This document shows positions 48,191 through 57,316 of a stretch of DNA of 64,000 bases, piece by piece (positions within the stretch are counted from its first letter, which is position 1; each line of letters starts with the position of its first letter). The notes under the pieces are model-generated. The model was not told the DNA's origin and did no database searches. It worked only from the letters and a program-made list of their open reading frames with translations. The stretch is from NCBI GenBank assembly GCA_963977015.1, contig CAXBMO010000002.1:288001-352000 (forward strand), in the 5' to 3' direction. The DNA is from an uncultured bacterium. Its GTDB lineage: Bacteria; Verrucomicrobiota; Verrucomicrobiia; Verrucomicrobiales; DEV007. Position numbers and translations under genes: made by a program.

Positions 48191-49519
48191 ATGAAATCCC
48201 TCCAGTCTTTCTTTTTCATGGGCTTGGCGCTCTTGTTGCCGGCATCAGGCAGCAATTGGCCCCATTTTGCCGGGCCAGATCGTCTCGCAATTTCGTCGGA
48301 GAAAGGCCTGAACCTCGACTGGGGAAAGGACGGGCCTCCGATCTTGTGGAGTCTCGATCTGGATGAGGGTTTCGGTGGCGCGGCCATCGTGGGAGAAGAG
48401 GTTTTCTTCCTCGATCGCATCCTGGGAGAAACTGACCAGTTGCGCTGCGTCTCGTTGAAGGACGGAAGCGAGATCTGGACGTTCGAGTATGAGCACGCCG
48501 GCCGTTTGCCGCACCCCGGCAGCCGTGGAGTCCCCACGGTTGAAGAAGAGGCTGTCTATTTCACGAGCGGGATGAGCCATGTGCATCGAATCAACCGCAA
48601 AACGCACCAGGCAGACTGGACGATCAACATCGCGGAAGAATACGGGGCAACTCCTCCCAAATGGGGTTGGGCGCAGTCACCTCTCGTTGTCGGAAACGTG
48701 CTGATCGCAGCTCCGATGAGTCCAACGGTCGGGTTGGTCGGACTCGACAAAGTCACCGGTGAGGAAGTCTGGCGCACTGAGCCAATTGGAGACAGCCACT
48801 CCACTCCAACCGTGCTCACCCTCGATGGAGTCGAGCAGGTCATCTTCATTTCCCGTTTGATTGGAGAAGACACCGGCGTGGTGATGAGCGTGGAGCCAAA
48901 GTCCGGGAACGTGCTTTGGAAGACCAATGAGTATTTCAACAAGATCCCGATTCCATTCGCCACCAAGATTGACGAAGAGCGCGTTTACATGACGGGCGGT
49001 TACGGGTGCGGATCCTGCATGCTCCAGGTCAAGCATCGCGACCAATCCTGGCAGGTCAGCAAGCTTTGGGATATCGAGCAAGGCACGCAAATGCATCCCC
49101 CGTTCCTGATCGATGGATACCTCTACTTTCTGGCGAACGAGAACGCGAATCACAAAGGTGAATTGCGAAAGACCGGAGGATTGGCTTGCATGAATTTGGA
49201 CGGAAAGATCGTTTGGAACAGTGGGGACAAGCCTTTCATGGGCCGCGGCGCGAGCCTCCTGGTCGATGGGAAAATCCTGATCCAGGACGGCGAAACCGGC
49301 TACCTCCGCGTGATTGAACCCAGCCCCGAAGGCTACAAGGAATTGGCCGAAGCCGATATCTTCAACAAGCGCGAGGAAGTTGACGAGCAAATCGCTGCCC
49401 AAGAAGGAAAGAAGACGATCAAGCTGCCCGATTTTCGACTCTGGTCACCGATGGCCCTCAGCGAGGGACGCCTGATCATGCGCGGTCAGAAGGAAATGAA
49501 GTGTGTCGACCTGCGCTGA
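48191..49519 (+). CDS. Secreted PQQ-like beta-propeller repeat protein
   Basis: Signal peptide, NWPHFAGP, repeated G..VW motifs, WSPMALSEGRL. Confidence 0.85.
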   Translation: MKSLQSFFFMGLALLLPASGSNWPHFAGPDRLAISSEKGLNLDWGKDGPPILWSLDLDEGFGGAAIVGEEVFFLDRILGETDQLRCVSLKDGSEIWTFEYEHAGRLPHPGSRGVPTVEEEAVYFTSGMSHVHRINRKTHQADWTINIAEEYGATPPKWGWAQSPLVVGNVLIAAPMSPTVGLVGLDKVTGEEVWRTEPIGDSHSTPTVLTLDGVEQVIFISRLIGEDTGVVMSVEPKSGNVLWKTNEYFNKIPIPFATKIDEERVYMTGGYGCGSCMLQVKHRDQSWQVSKLWDIEQGTQMHPPFLIDGYLYFLANENANHKGELRKTGGLACMNLDGKIVWNSGDKPFMGRGASLLVDGKILIQDGETGYLRVIEPSPEGYKELAEADIFNKREEVDEQIAAQEGKKTIKLPDFRLWSPMALSEGRLIMRGQKEMKCVDLR

Positions 49520-49531
49520 CACCGCGTCCAT

Positions 49532-50149
49532 TTACGCCACAAGTTCAGCCGGCAGGGCTGATTCCAGGGTAATGCTGAACGTGGTTCCTTCGCCGGGATA
49601 GCTTTCAACGGCAATAGCTCCGCCGTGAAGCCCAATGATGTTTCGGATCGAGAACAGATTTGCCTGGGCAATCGCTTCGCCGTTTTTTCCTTCGATAAAA
49701 CGCTTTCCGGGGCGAAAAATCGACATCAACTGATCGTGGGGAATCCCGCGACCGTTATCAATAATATCGAGCCGCGTGTGGGCTGCGCCCTCGGCTTGGC
49801 AACGGATGCAGACGTGACCATTCAATCGCGGAACGGCTTCGATCGCCCGGCTGATCAGACTGAGGAGGACGGTGCGAATTTCGTTTCGATCGCAGTACCA
49901 TTCGGCGAGCGGCTCGAGCTCAACCCATACCTTGATCTCAGGCGAGCGATGCTGGAGAACCGCGAGGACATCTTCGACAAGTTCGACCAAAGAACACCGG
50001 CCGTAGTGGCCGTCCCCGGCTTCAGCGTCGTTTTCTGCCGACGGAACGTCATTGCTCTCTGCAAGCTCAGCTTGGAGGATGCTGGCAGCAATCGGATTGA
50101 TGAAATCCGTTACATCCGGCTCAGGATCAAACGGTAGAGGCTCAGTCAT
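49532..50149 (-). CDS. Stand-alone degenerate HATPase_c-like protein
   Basis: G1 DNGRGI, F box IFRP, HGG.I.VES.PGEGTTF; N box and G2 degenerate; no HisKA domain. Confidence 0.7.
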   Translation of the reverse strand: MTEPLPFDPEPDVTDFINPIAASILQAELAESNDVPSAENDAEAGDGHYGRCSLVELVEDVLAVLQHRSPEIKVWVELEPLAEWYCDRNEIRTVLLSLISRAIEAVPRLNGHVCIRCQAEGAAHTRLDIIDNGRGIPHDQLMSIFRPGKRFIEGKNGEAIAQANLFSIRNIIGLHGGAIAVESYPGEGTTFSITLESALPAELVA

Positions 50150-50182
50150 AATTTATGGAAATTATGACATTTATAAATTACT

Positions 50183-50899
50183 TCAACTACTTAGTCCGAC
50201 TCGGGGAGTGAAATCAAAAGAAAACCAGACATTGGCGCCCCAACCTTTGAGCCGGTCAGCACCAATTTGGCCGTGATTTGCCCGCACCGTTTCCTTTGTC
50301 GCGACAAGTCCTGGCCGAACCAACAATTTTCCATTCGAGTCAATCAAACGCCCAGGAGTCGGCCCAAAAACCGTGATCAACTCTTCCGCTGAACCGTTGA
50401 ACGCCAATTCCAGGATTGAGGCACCATCCTCTCCGCGTGCCCCTTGTATTCGAATGATCCCTCCCCCATCAGGAACAGAACTGGCTGCGTAGCCAATCAA
50501 ACTTGTTAAGATCCCTTCAAGGACAATCGGCTCAACCCTCCACTCCATTTCCGAAGTCAGGCTGACAGAAAGCTGAATTCCCTCGATCCTTGCTTGAAGC
50601 AATTGAAGCGCTTCTTCAACAAGGTCATTCACGACAACAGGCTCAGGCAAGGAAACGTCTTCACTTTGAAGGCCCCGTTGCCTCGGATGTCGGTATTCGT
50701 TCCCCTCAACCTCCACCCCGGTAAAATCTGGCCCAATTTCGTCGATGAATTCGGCGGCGATTGGATTGATCCACGCGCTTTGCCCATTTTCAGGAAGTTG
50801 AGAACGCAAGTCTTCGGCAATCGTAGGCCTGTTCGAACTTCGGTATTCCCGAGCCCGGCCAACGAATCCCTGAAGGAATTGCTTGCGAGAGAACGACAT
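50183..50899 (-). CDS. Stand-alone, highly degenerate HATPase_c-like protein
   Basis: VNDLVEEAL.LL, ILTSLI..A, GL..TKETVRANHGQI; shares INPIAA with its neighbour. Confidence 0.55.
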   Translation of the reverse strand: MSFSRKQFLQGFVGRAREYRSSNRPTIAEDLRSQLPENGQSAWINPIAAEFIDEIGPDFTGVEVEGNEYRHPRQRGLQSEDVSLPEPVVVNDLVEEALQLLQARIEGIQLSVSLTSEMEWRVEPIVLEGILTSLIGYAASSVPDGGGIIRIQGARGEDGASILELAFNGSAEELITVFGPTPGRLIDSNGKLLVRPGLVATKETVRANHGQIGADRLKGWGANVWFSFDFTPRVGLSS

Positions 50900-50954
50900 G
50901 GATAATCCCTCAACTAATTAGGATTTCCTGACATTATGCTGTCGAATAGCATTG

Positions 50955-51791
50955 TCAACTCGATCGAGTCTCACAAAACGCGATCCAAAGTTCCTCGCCA
51001 AACTCTGCTCTTAAATCCGCCTCCAAGCTCTCAATTCCCGCTTCGGGCTGGAGAACCGCAAACGTAGTCGATCCAGATCCCGACATCAACGCACCCTCGA
51101 CTTCCGGCCGGTCTTGAAGCCAGCCTTTCAAATCCGCCAAAACCAGATACTTCTCAAAGACCGGTCGTTCCAGACTGTTCTGCATCTCCCCCCAGGCCTG
51201 GCCCTGAGGTTCGTATCTCACTCCTGGAATTTCCTGAGACTCCTTCCAGCGCTGGTATGCCCAAGGTGTCGGCACACCAAACTGCGGTTTGATGAGCATC
51301 AGCGATAGCGTTTGGGCAAACTCAACCGGCTCCACGAATTCGCCCCGTCCGCGGCAATCACAGACACTGTCGTAGAGAAAAAACGGGATATCGGAGCCAA
51401 TCTCAGCAGCGAGCGCTCGCAAATCTTCCCGGTCGAGCCCCATTTCAAACAACTCATTGAGCCCCTGAAGCGTGGACGCAGCGTCACTGCTTCCCCCGGC
51501 AAGCCCAGCACCATGGGGAATGCGCTTGTCCAAATGAATGGAGACATTCAATGAAGTTCCGGTGTGCTTCTCCAACTGTCGAACGGACTTCACCACCAAA
51601 TTGGATTCGTCGTTCGGCAACCCCTCATCGGTGCAGGTAAATTCGAGCCCGCCTTCGTCTCGGCGTTCGAAATGCAACTCATCGCACAGGGTCAACGGAG
51701 CCATTCGGGTTTCGATTTCGTGGAAGCCGTCTTCCCGTTTTCGAACGACCCGAAGCGAAAGGTTTACTTTGGCTGGAGCAGAAACAATCAT
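50955..51791 (-). CDS. ispE: 4-diphosphocytidyl-2-C-methyl-D-erythritol kinase
   Basis: APAKVNL, KRIPHGAGLAGGSSDAA, GSDIPFF, MSGSGST. Confidence 0.96.
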   Translation of the reverse strand: MIVSAPAKVNLSLRVVRKREDGFHEIETRMAPLTLCDELHFERRDEGGLEFTCTDEGLPNDESNLVVKSVRQLEKHTGTSLNVSIHLDKRIPHGAGLAGGSSDAASTLQGLNELFEMGLDREDLRALAAEIGSDIPFFLYDSVCDCRGRGEFVEPVEFAQTLSLMLIKPQFGVPTPWAYQRWKESQEIPGVRYEPQGQAWGEMQNSLERPVFEKYLVLADLKGWLQDRPEVEGALMSGSGSTTFAVLQPEAGIESLEADLRAEFGEELWIAFCETRSS

Positions 51792-52462
51792 GATGCGCCT
51801 TCCCAACCAGCCAGCGCCAGCATTCTTCCGGTATGGCCCTTCTCAAGGCGATAGGAGTAAAAGCGCGAAAGATCACTCGACGTGCAAACTCCGGAATCGC
51901 TGTATTGCGAAACAGGAACGCCGGAATCCAAAATCTGCTCGCGAATTTGGGATGCAAAATCGATCTCGTAGGCCGGAGGACGAATGCAGGGACTCAATGC
52001 GACGTGGAGATTCTCGGGTTTCGATCCATACCTTTCTCGCATCAGACCTATGGCTCGAGAAACGATTCCAAGTTCGGTCCCTTTCTTGCCGGAGTGAACA
52101 ACGCTGAGGGCGTGGTTCGCTGGATCAACAATCCAGACCGCTCCGCAATCGGCAACATAGATACCGAGCGTAACGCCTCTCAGATTCGTCATCAAACCGT
52201 CCACTCCCTCGATGCATCGGGACGTTGGCTCGGTGACTTCAAAGATTTCATTCCCATGAACCTGGGTGCTGGTAATGAGCGGCCAATCGCCCATCCCCAA
52301 TTCGCGGCGAGCATTCTGGTGACTGGCCTCCAGTCGTGACAAGACCAGTTCCTTGTCCGGAGAATCCACATCAACCCCTGGCGAACGCAGCAGAAACCCG
52401 TGTTTCAAGCTGGGAATGTCACTGAGAGCCGAAATCTTCTCGATGGGAGCCGCAAGAGCCAT
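51788..52462 (-). CDS. YfiH/PgeF (DUF152) family protein
   Basis: QVHG, ADC, HSG, CT, FYSYR...GRM. Confidence 0.88.
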   Translation of the reverse strand: MALAAPIEKISALSDIPSLKHGFLLRSPGVDVDSPDKELVLSRLEASHQNARRELGMGDWPLITSTQVHGNEIFEVTEPTSRCIEGVDGLMTNLRGVTLGIYVADCGAVWIVDPANHALSVVHSGKKGTELGIVSRAIGLMRERYGSKPENLHVALSPCIRPPAYEIDFASQIREQILDSGVPVSQYSDSGVCTSSDLSRFYSYRLEKGHTGRMLALAGWEGAS

Positions 52463-52521
52463 TCGCTAACGTGGGTAGAAATGCGGTCTCCGCAAACGAC
52501 TTCCTGACAGAATGCAAAAAC

Positions 52522-54192
52522 CTAACGCAACGCCAATTTGACTAAAGCCTGTCGTGCCATCACCAACGGATTGTCCTTCACATATTCCCCGGTCTCCAGA
52601 TTGATGAATGCCCCCGGATAGATCTTGTTCATTCGGCGAATCGCAGCATCCGCATACTTGATGGCAGCATCGGTCCCGTCACGCTTGGCAATGGCAAAGG
52701 TCACATACTGGTGCGCTTCGCTCCAATGCTGCCCGAGGCGGTTGGTCTCGTATTGGCGATAGGGATGTTGGCTGTTGTATTCGAAGCTGGCGCGAACTGA
52801 CTTCTCAACCTCGATCATCATCTTCATGACCTCATCCCAATCCCCTCTGCGAAAGGCTTCCAGTTGGAGAAGACTCACCGCACGAACGTCACTGGGATAC
52901 TGCTCGACATTGTTCACCAGGAGATTGTCAACGTCACTCCAGAGGTAGGAGCGCTGCTGACACAGCGACACAAACGTGACAAGCACGATGGCGACGGCTG
53001 CCATTCCATAAACGTTCTTCTTGGACCAAATCCAGGTCAGGCCAATTCCCATGAGCAGGCCGATCCACGGCAAGGCCGGATAAACACGGTATTCGACCAT
53101 CAATTCACGAACGACATAGCCAAAACGCATCGCCAATGGCGCCAACGCCAGGGCGAGAAGCATGCCCACGATACGGTGCCGAGTGAACAGCGTGAGCCAG
53201 GCAGAAGCTGCAAACACGCCAACGGTCGCGATGGTTCCCAACACCGCGGCGGTGTCTCTACCACTGACGGTCCAAGGCACCCAGTGGTCTGCTGCCAGGT
53301 TCACTGGAAAAATGATTCGGGCGAGATAGGCCCAGAAAAGTCGCCCCTGAGTCAGCGCATGAATTCCCCAGTTGTGCTGAAGACTGAGACCAAAGTGCTT
53401 GTCCCAAAATGCGGTAAACGCGGCGGCGATGATCAAGAGAACCGAACCGCAACCAATCAGGTAAAGCCGCATCCGGGGCTCGAGCTGCTTCCATTGCAGT
53501 TTCCGAATCGCAACAAAGGAAAGCGTAGCCGCACAAACAACCGCCACATTTGCCACGGCGTGGATCAAACCAGGATTCTTGGAAATCGCGGCCCCGGCGA
53601 TTGCTCCGGTCGTGATCAATGCCCATTTGACGTTCGGCTGTTTGATGAAGCGGAACATCGACCATGCGGTGATCACGCTGAAGAGCGTAACGAGATCGAT
53701 CATGAGGCATCGAGCGTAATGAACCGGCTCAGCACCAATCGGATGACAGGCGAAGATCAACGCACCAAGCAGCGCGGCGCGCTTGCGCTCCTTCGAATCG
53801 GCAAGAAACTCGCTGCGCTCAAAAATGTCCTTTCCGCAGAAGAAAACCAGGGACGCAATTCCCAGATGTACCGTGAGATTAAGGGCGTGGAAAAGCGGTG
53901 CGTATGCTTCCAGATCCAGAGATTGACCTGTGGGATGAATGAACTGAATGAAGCTGTAGAGCAACGACCAAATGAGATAGGGAAGCCAACGCCAGTCCTG
54001 GCCCGTCCAAGTTCCTTCAAGCACATATTCCGACTTCAAAATGTGCCCTCCGTCATCCATGAAGAATTCTGCAGCCAGCGCCCAGGGGTGAGCAATCAAG
54101 GCCACGCAAAGAATCAACGCATAGGGGAACCAGGCAGTTCGAGCGTACTCGCGAATCTTGACTGAGAATTTGGACAGTGAATTGATGGACAT
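52522..54192 (-). CDS. Polytopic membrane protein, TMTC-like GT-C glycosyltransferase family
   Basis: FFMDD after TM1, FHALNL.VH, FACHP..AEPVHY, EYRVYP. Confidence 0.65.
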   Translation of the reverse strand: MSINSLSKFSVKIREYARTAWFPYALILCVALIAHPWALAAEFFMDDGGHILKSEYVLEGTWTGQDWRWLPYLIWSLLYSFIQFIHPTGQSLDLEAYAPLFHALNLTVHLGIASLVFFCGKDIFERSEFLADSKERKRAALLGALIFACHPIGAEPVHYARCLMIDLVTLFSVITAWSMFRFIKQPNVKWALITTGAIAGAAISKNPGLIHAVANVAVVCAATLSFVAIRKLQWKQLEPRMRLYLIGCGSVLLIIAAAFTAFWDKHFGLSLQHNWGIHALTQGRLFWAYLARIIFPVNLAADHWVPWTVSGRDTAAVLGTIATVGVFAASAWLTLFTRHRIVGMLLALALAPLAMRFGYVVRELMVEYRVYPALPWIGLLMGIGLTWIWSKKNVYGMAAVAIVLVTFVSLCQQRSYLWSDVDNLLVNNVEQYPSDVRAVSLLQLEAFRRGDWDEVMKMMIEVEKSVRASFEYNSQHPYRQYETNRLGQHWSEAHQYVTFAIAKRDGTDAAIKYADAAIRRMNKIYPGAFINLETGEYVKDNPLVMARQALVKLALR

Positions 54193-54341
54193 GAGATAGG
54201 GAGAATTGGATCACTAAAATATTAGAGTTTCCATAATACTCAAATGTTTTAACCTTTTCTTCCTAAATGCCCGCCACGCGCAAATCGATGCTCCTTCGGA
54301 ATTCAGGTTGACCCTTGATCACTCCCGAGTTGTTTCCGCCT

Positions 54342-55898
54342 ATGCAAAAACCCGCGACCTTACTGGTGCTGGCAATGGCGCTCGCGTTTACCGCAAGCAC
54401 CCATGCCGAACTTCGCCTTCCGTCAATTTTTGGAGAGAACATGGTCCTCCAGCGTGACATTCCGCTCAAGATTTGGGGCTGGGATAATCCCGGGCAAAGC
54501 GTGACCGTGACGATTGGGGAGCAAACAGCCCAAGGCAAGGCAGGCGAAGACGGGCGATGGGAAGTGAAACTTTCCCCACTCCAAGTGACACAGAAAGCAC
54601 TTGAGATGAACGTTCAGGGCTCGAGCGCGAAAACGCTCGGCAACATTCTGGTCGGGGAAGTCTGGGTCTGCTCAGGCCAATCCAACATGCAGTGGGCGGT
54701 TTCAAGCTCGGATGACGCCGACTTGGAAACCTTGACCGCCAAGTTCCCCAATATTCGACTCATCTCCATTCCACTGGTTGGGACTCAGGAACCGCAGTAC
54801 GATTTTCAAGGTCAATGGCTGGCCTGTTCACCGGAAACCGTGCGCGATTTCAGTGCCGTTGGTTATTTTTTCGGCAGGACTCTTCATCAGGCGCTGGATG
54901 TTCCCATTGGATTGATCGATAACGCGTGGGGCGGATCAGCTGCGGAAGCATGGGTTCGTCGCGAAGTCCTGGAAGCGGATGACGCGTATTCGGACTACCT
55001 GGCAATCTGGGAATCCAAAGAGGCGAACGTTGATGCAAACATGGCACGATGGGAAAAGGCGATGGCGGCTTGGAAAACGAAGGCCGCCGAAGCAAAAGCA
55101 GCGGGGAAAAATCCGCCACGCGCGCCTCGCAGCCCCGAACAAGAGTTGAAAGGCCAGCATCGTCCGGGCAATCTTCACAACGGGGTCCTCCTGCCGATCA
55201 TCGGCTATGGCATTCGCGGAGCGATTTGGTATCAGGGAGAAAACAACTCGGGAAGAGCCTACAACTACCGGTCACTCTTTCCTCTCATGATCAGCCAATG
55301 GCGCGAACTGTGGAACCAAGGTGACTTTCCGTTTTATTGGGTGCAACTGGCCGACTTCATGAACGAGCAACCCGCCCCAACAGCAAGCGCCTGGGCCGAA
55401 CTCCGCGAGGCTCAGACCATGACGCTCAGCCTCCCGAACACCGGTCAGGCTGTCATCTGCGATCTGGGAGAAGCCCACGATATCCACCCCAAGGATAAGC
55501 AAAATGTCGCAAAGCGGCTCGCGCGACATGCCTTGGCAAAAGACTACGGCATCGAGATCGTCGCTGAAAGCCCCCGCTACGCTTCCCACAAGGTTCAAGG
55601 GAACAAAGTGATCGTTGAGATCGATCACTTTGGCGCCGGGTTGGACACCTTCGATGTGCGAACACCACACGGGTTCGCGATCGCCGGTGAAGATCAACAA
55701 TTCGTCTGGGCCGATGCAAAAATCGTTGGCAACAACATCGAAGTCTCGAGCCCTGAAATCACCGCTCCCGTGGCGGTGCGGTATGCCTGGGCGGACAATC
55801 CCGTTGCCAATGTTCAAAATCGAGCAGGTCTCCCCCTCACTCCGTTTCGGACGGATGACTGGGAAATGGTGACGAATCCCAAGAATAGCTCCGACTAA
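54342..55898 (+). CDS. Sialate O-acetylesterase family protein
   Basis: [32 protein letters not shown]. Confidence 0.92.
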   Translation: MQKPATLLVLAMALAFTASTHAELRLPSIFGENMVLQRDIPLKIWGWDNPGQSVTVTIGEQTAQGKAGEDGRWEVKLSPLQVTQKALEMNVQGSSAKTLGNILVGEVWVCSGQSNMQWAVSSSDDADLETLTAKFPNIRLISIPLVGTQEPQYDFQGQWLACSPETVRDFSAVGYFFGRTLHQALDVPIGLIDNAWGGSAAEAWVRREVLEADDAYSDYLAIWESKEANVDANMARWEKAMAAWKTKAAEAKAAGKNPPRAPRSPEQELKGQHRPGNLHNGVLLPIIGYGIRGAIWYQGENNSGRAYNYRSLFPLMISQWRELWNQGDFPFYWVQLADFMNEQPAPTASAWAELREAQTMTLSLPNTGQAVICDLGEAHDIHPKDKQNVAKRLARHALAKDYGIEIVAESPRYASHKVQGNKVIVEIDHFGAGLDTFDVRTPHGFAIAGEDQQFVWADAKIVGNNIEVSSPEITAPVAVRYAWADNPVANVQNRAGLPLTPFRTDDWEMVTNPKNSSD

Positions 55899-55906
55899 TC
55901 CCCTTT

Positions 55907-56191
55907 ATGGAACTGAGCGAACTTCGTGAAAAAGCGTGGGTCGGAGATGCGGTTTTGGCACTCTACTCTCGAGAATGGATTTTGAGAGAGAAGGGCCGCA
56001 TGGATGGACCGTTGCAAACGCTCATGACCTCCAACGATTTCCTGGCAACGATCGGCAATCCAACCCAGGTCGAGGCTTCGATTGGAATGGTCTATGAAAA
56101 AGAGGGGCTCAGTTCAGCCTTCACCTGGATCGAGCGCGAAATTCTGCCTTCCTTTCTGGCGCAACAGCGAAAACGCGCCCGTGGGCGTTAG
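55907..56191 (+). CDS. Minimal RNase III-like domain protein (94 aa)
   Basis: AWVGDAVLAL, SNDFL and VEASIG resemble RNase III signature blocks. Confidence 0.65.
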   Translation: MELSELREKAWVGDAVLALYSREWILREKGRMDGPLQTLMTSNDFLATIGNPTQVEASIGMVYEKEGLSSAFTWIEREILPSFLAQQRKRARGR

Positions 56192-56357
56192 ATTGCGTCT
56201 ATCGGCCAGCGAGAAAGCATGAAAGTTCACAATTGCAGCATCCGACTAATGAAAAAGTCGTGGTGAATTACGTCCATTTTCAGAGACAAACTGAGTCCGA
56301 AACAAACTTCGGGCTTCACGACGATCATCCATCTGAACAAACTCAGACCCACCCATC

Positions 56358-56852
56358 ATGAAACGAACCTTAAAATTGCTATCTGCCTTCGCCATTGCAG
56401 GAGCGTTATTCCTTGGCTCAGCCTCTGCGGACTCCTCCAAAGTTGCTGAAGCCCTCAATGGCAAACTCGTAAAAATCGAAGGTGATTCGGCAGTCGAAGC
56501 AACCTTGAGCGGAGATCCCGAATACTACGTTTTCTATCATTCGGCCTCCTGGTGAGGCGGCTGCAAACCCGTGACTGCACAGTTGGTGCAGCTCTACAAT
56601 GAAGCCGGCGAAGAGAGAAAATACGAGATCGTGTTGTTTGGCTACGACAGTGATCAAAACTCGCTCGAAAACTACCTGAAGAAATCCAAGATGGCCTTTC
56701 CCGCCGTCAACAAAGCGGACATGGAAAAAGTGGCAGAGTTGGCCAAACTGGGAGAAACTGGATTCATTCCAAACGTCGTTTTGGTCAAACCTGATGGAAC
56801 CATGGTCGACAACGACCGCGACAAGGTTTTTGATATTTTAAAGAACCTGTAG
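56358..56852 (+). CDS. Secreted thioredoxin-fold (tryparedoxin/nucleoredoxin-like) selenoprotein, UxxC, 164 aa
   Basis: ORFs 56358-56555 and 56571-56852 share one frame; TGA at 56553-55 gives YHSASW-U-GGC-KP; downstream cis-Pro motif GFIP. Confidence 0.8.
56575..56591 (+). promoter_or_regulatory. Putative bacterial SECIS hairpin
   Basis: CTGCAC-AGTTG-GTGCAG; 25 nt between the UGA and the loop; G at loop position 2. Confidence 0.6.
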
Positions 56853-56876
56853 CCCGACCAATCTTTTCTTACCCTG

Positions 56877-56914
56877 AGCCCGCTTCGCGCATTCCTGCGG
56901 AGCGGGCTTTTTTT
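56877..56914 (+). terminator. Intrinsic terminator after the selenoprotein gene
   Basis: AGCCCGCTTCGC...GCGGAGCGGGCT followed by a T run. Confidence 0.85.
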
Positions 56915-56947
56915 GTCGGTTCTCTCAGACTTGATGTGGATTTTTGA

Positions 56948-57090
56948 TCAGCTTGTGAGACTCACCCCGAACCTGGTAGACGGTGGTGAAGCGCAGCGGA
57001 ACCACCAAACCGCCGTTGAGAGAATGATGCACTCCGAAGGTGCGCACGAGCTCTCAACCCCGGGATTCAACGGGTGACGAGTCAGGCTGA
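56948..57090. repeat. Structured intergenic element (REP-like or ncRNA candidate)
   Basis: Imperfect terminal inverted repeats enclosing two internal hairpins. Confidence 0.45.
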
Positions 57091-57216
57091 ACCTTTGTTG
57101 AAGGACTACCTCGCGCCTGGCCCCCAATTGGACCTCACCTGAAGGAACACCACTCCCGGGATTCTCGCCTCGGAGAACACCCAACGAAACGAGGACGGAG
57201 AAGACGCCCACTCCCA

Positions 57217-57252
57217 ATAAAAGAGAAGGACCGGGGTTTCCCCCGGCCCTTC
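57217..57252 (-). terminator. Intrinsic terminator of amt
   Basis: Minus strand GAAGGGCCGGGG-GAAA-CCCCGGTCCTTC-TCTTTTAT. Confidence 0.8.
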
Positions 57253-57316
57253 CAACCACGTTTCGGATTCCATGCGCCGCATCATTGCGGGCAGGAAATG
57301 ATTTAATGAGCTTCAG

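Noticed and set aside
56948-57259. 103-aa minus-strand ORF downstream of amt
   Set aside because: Starts at the amt terminator and spans palindromic sequence; no protein-like features
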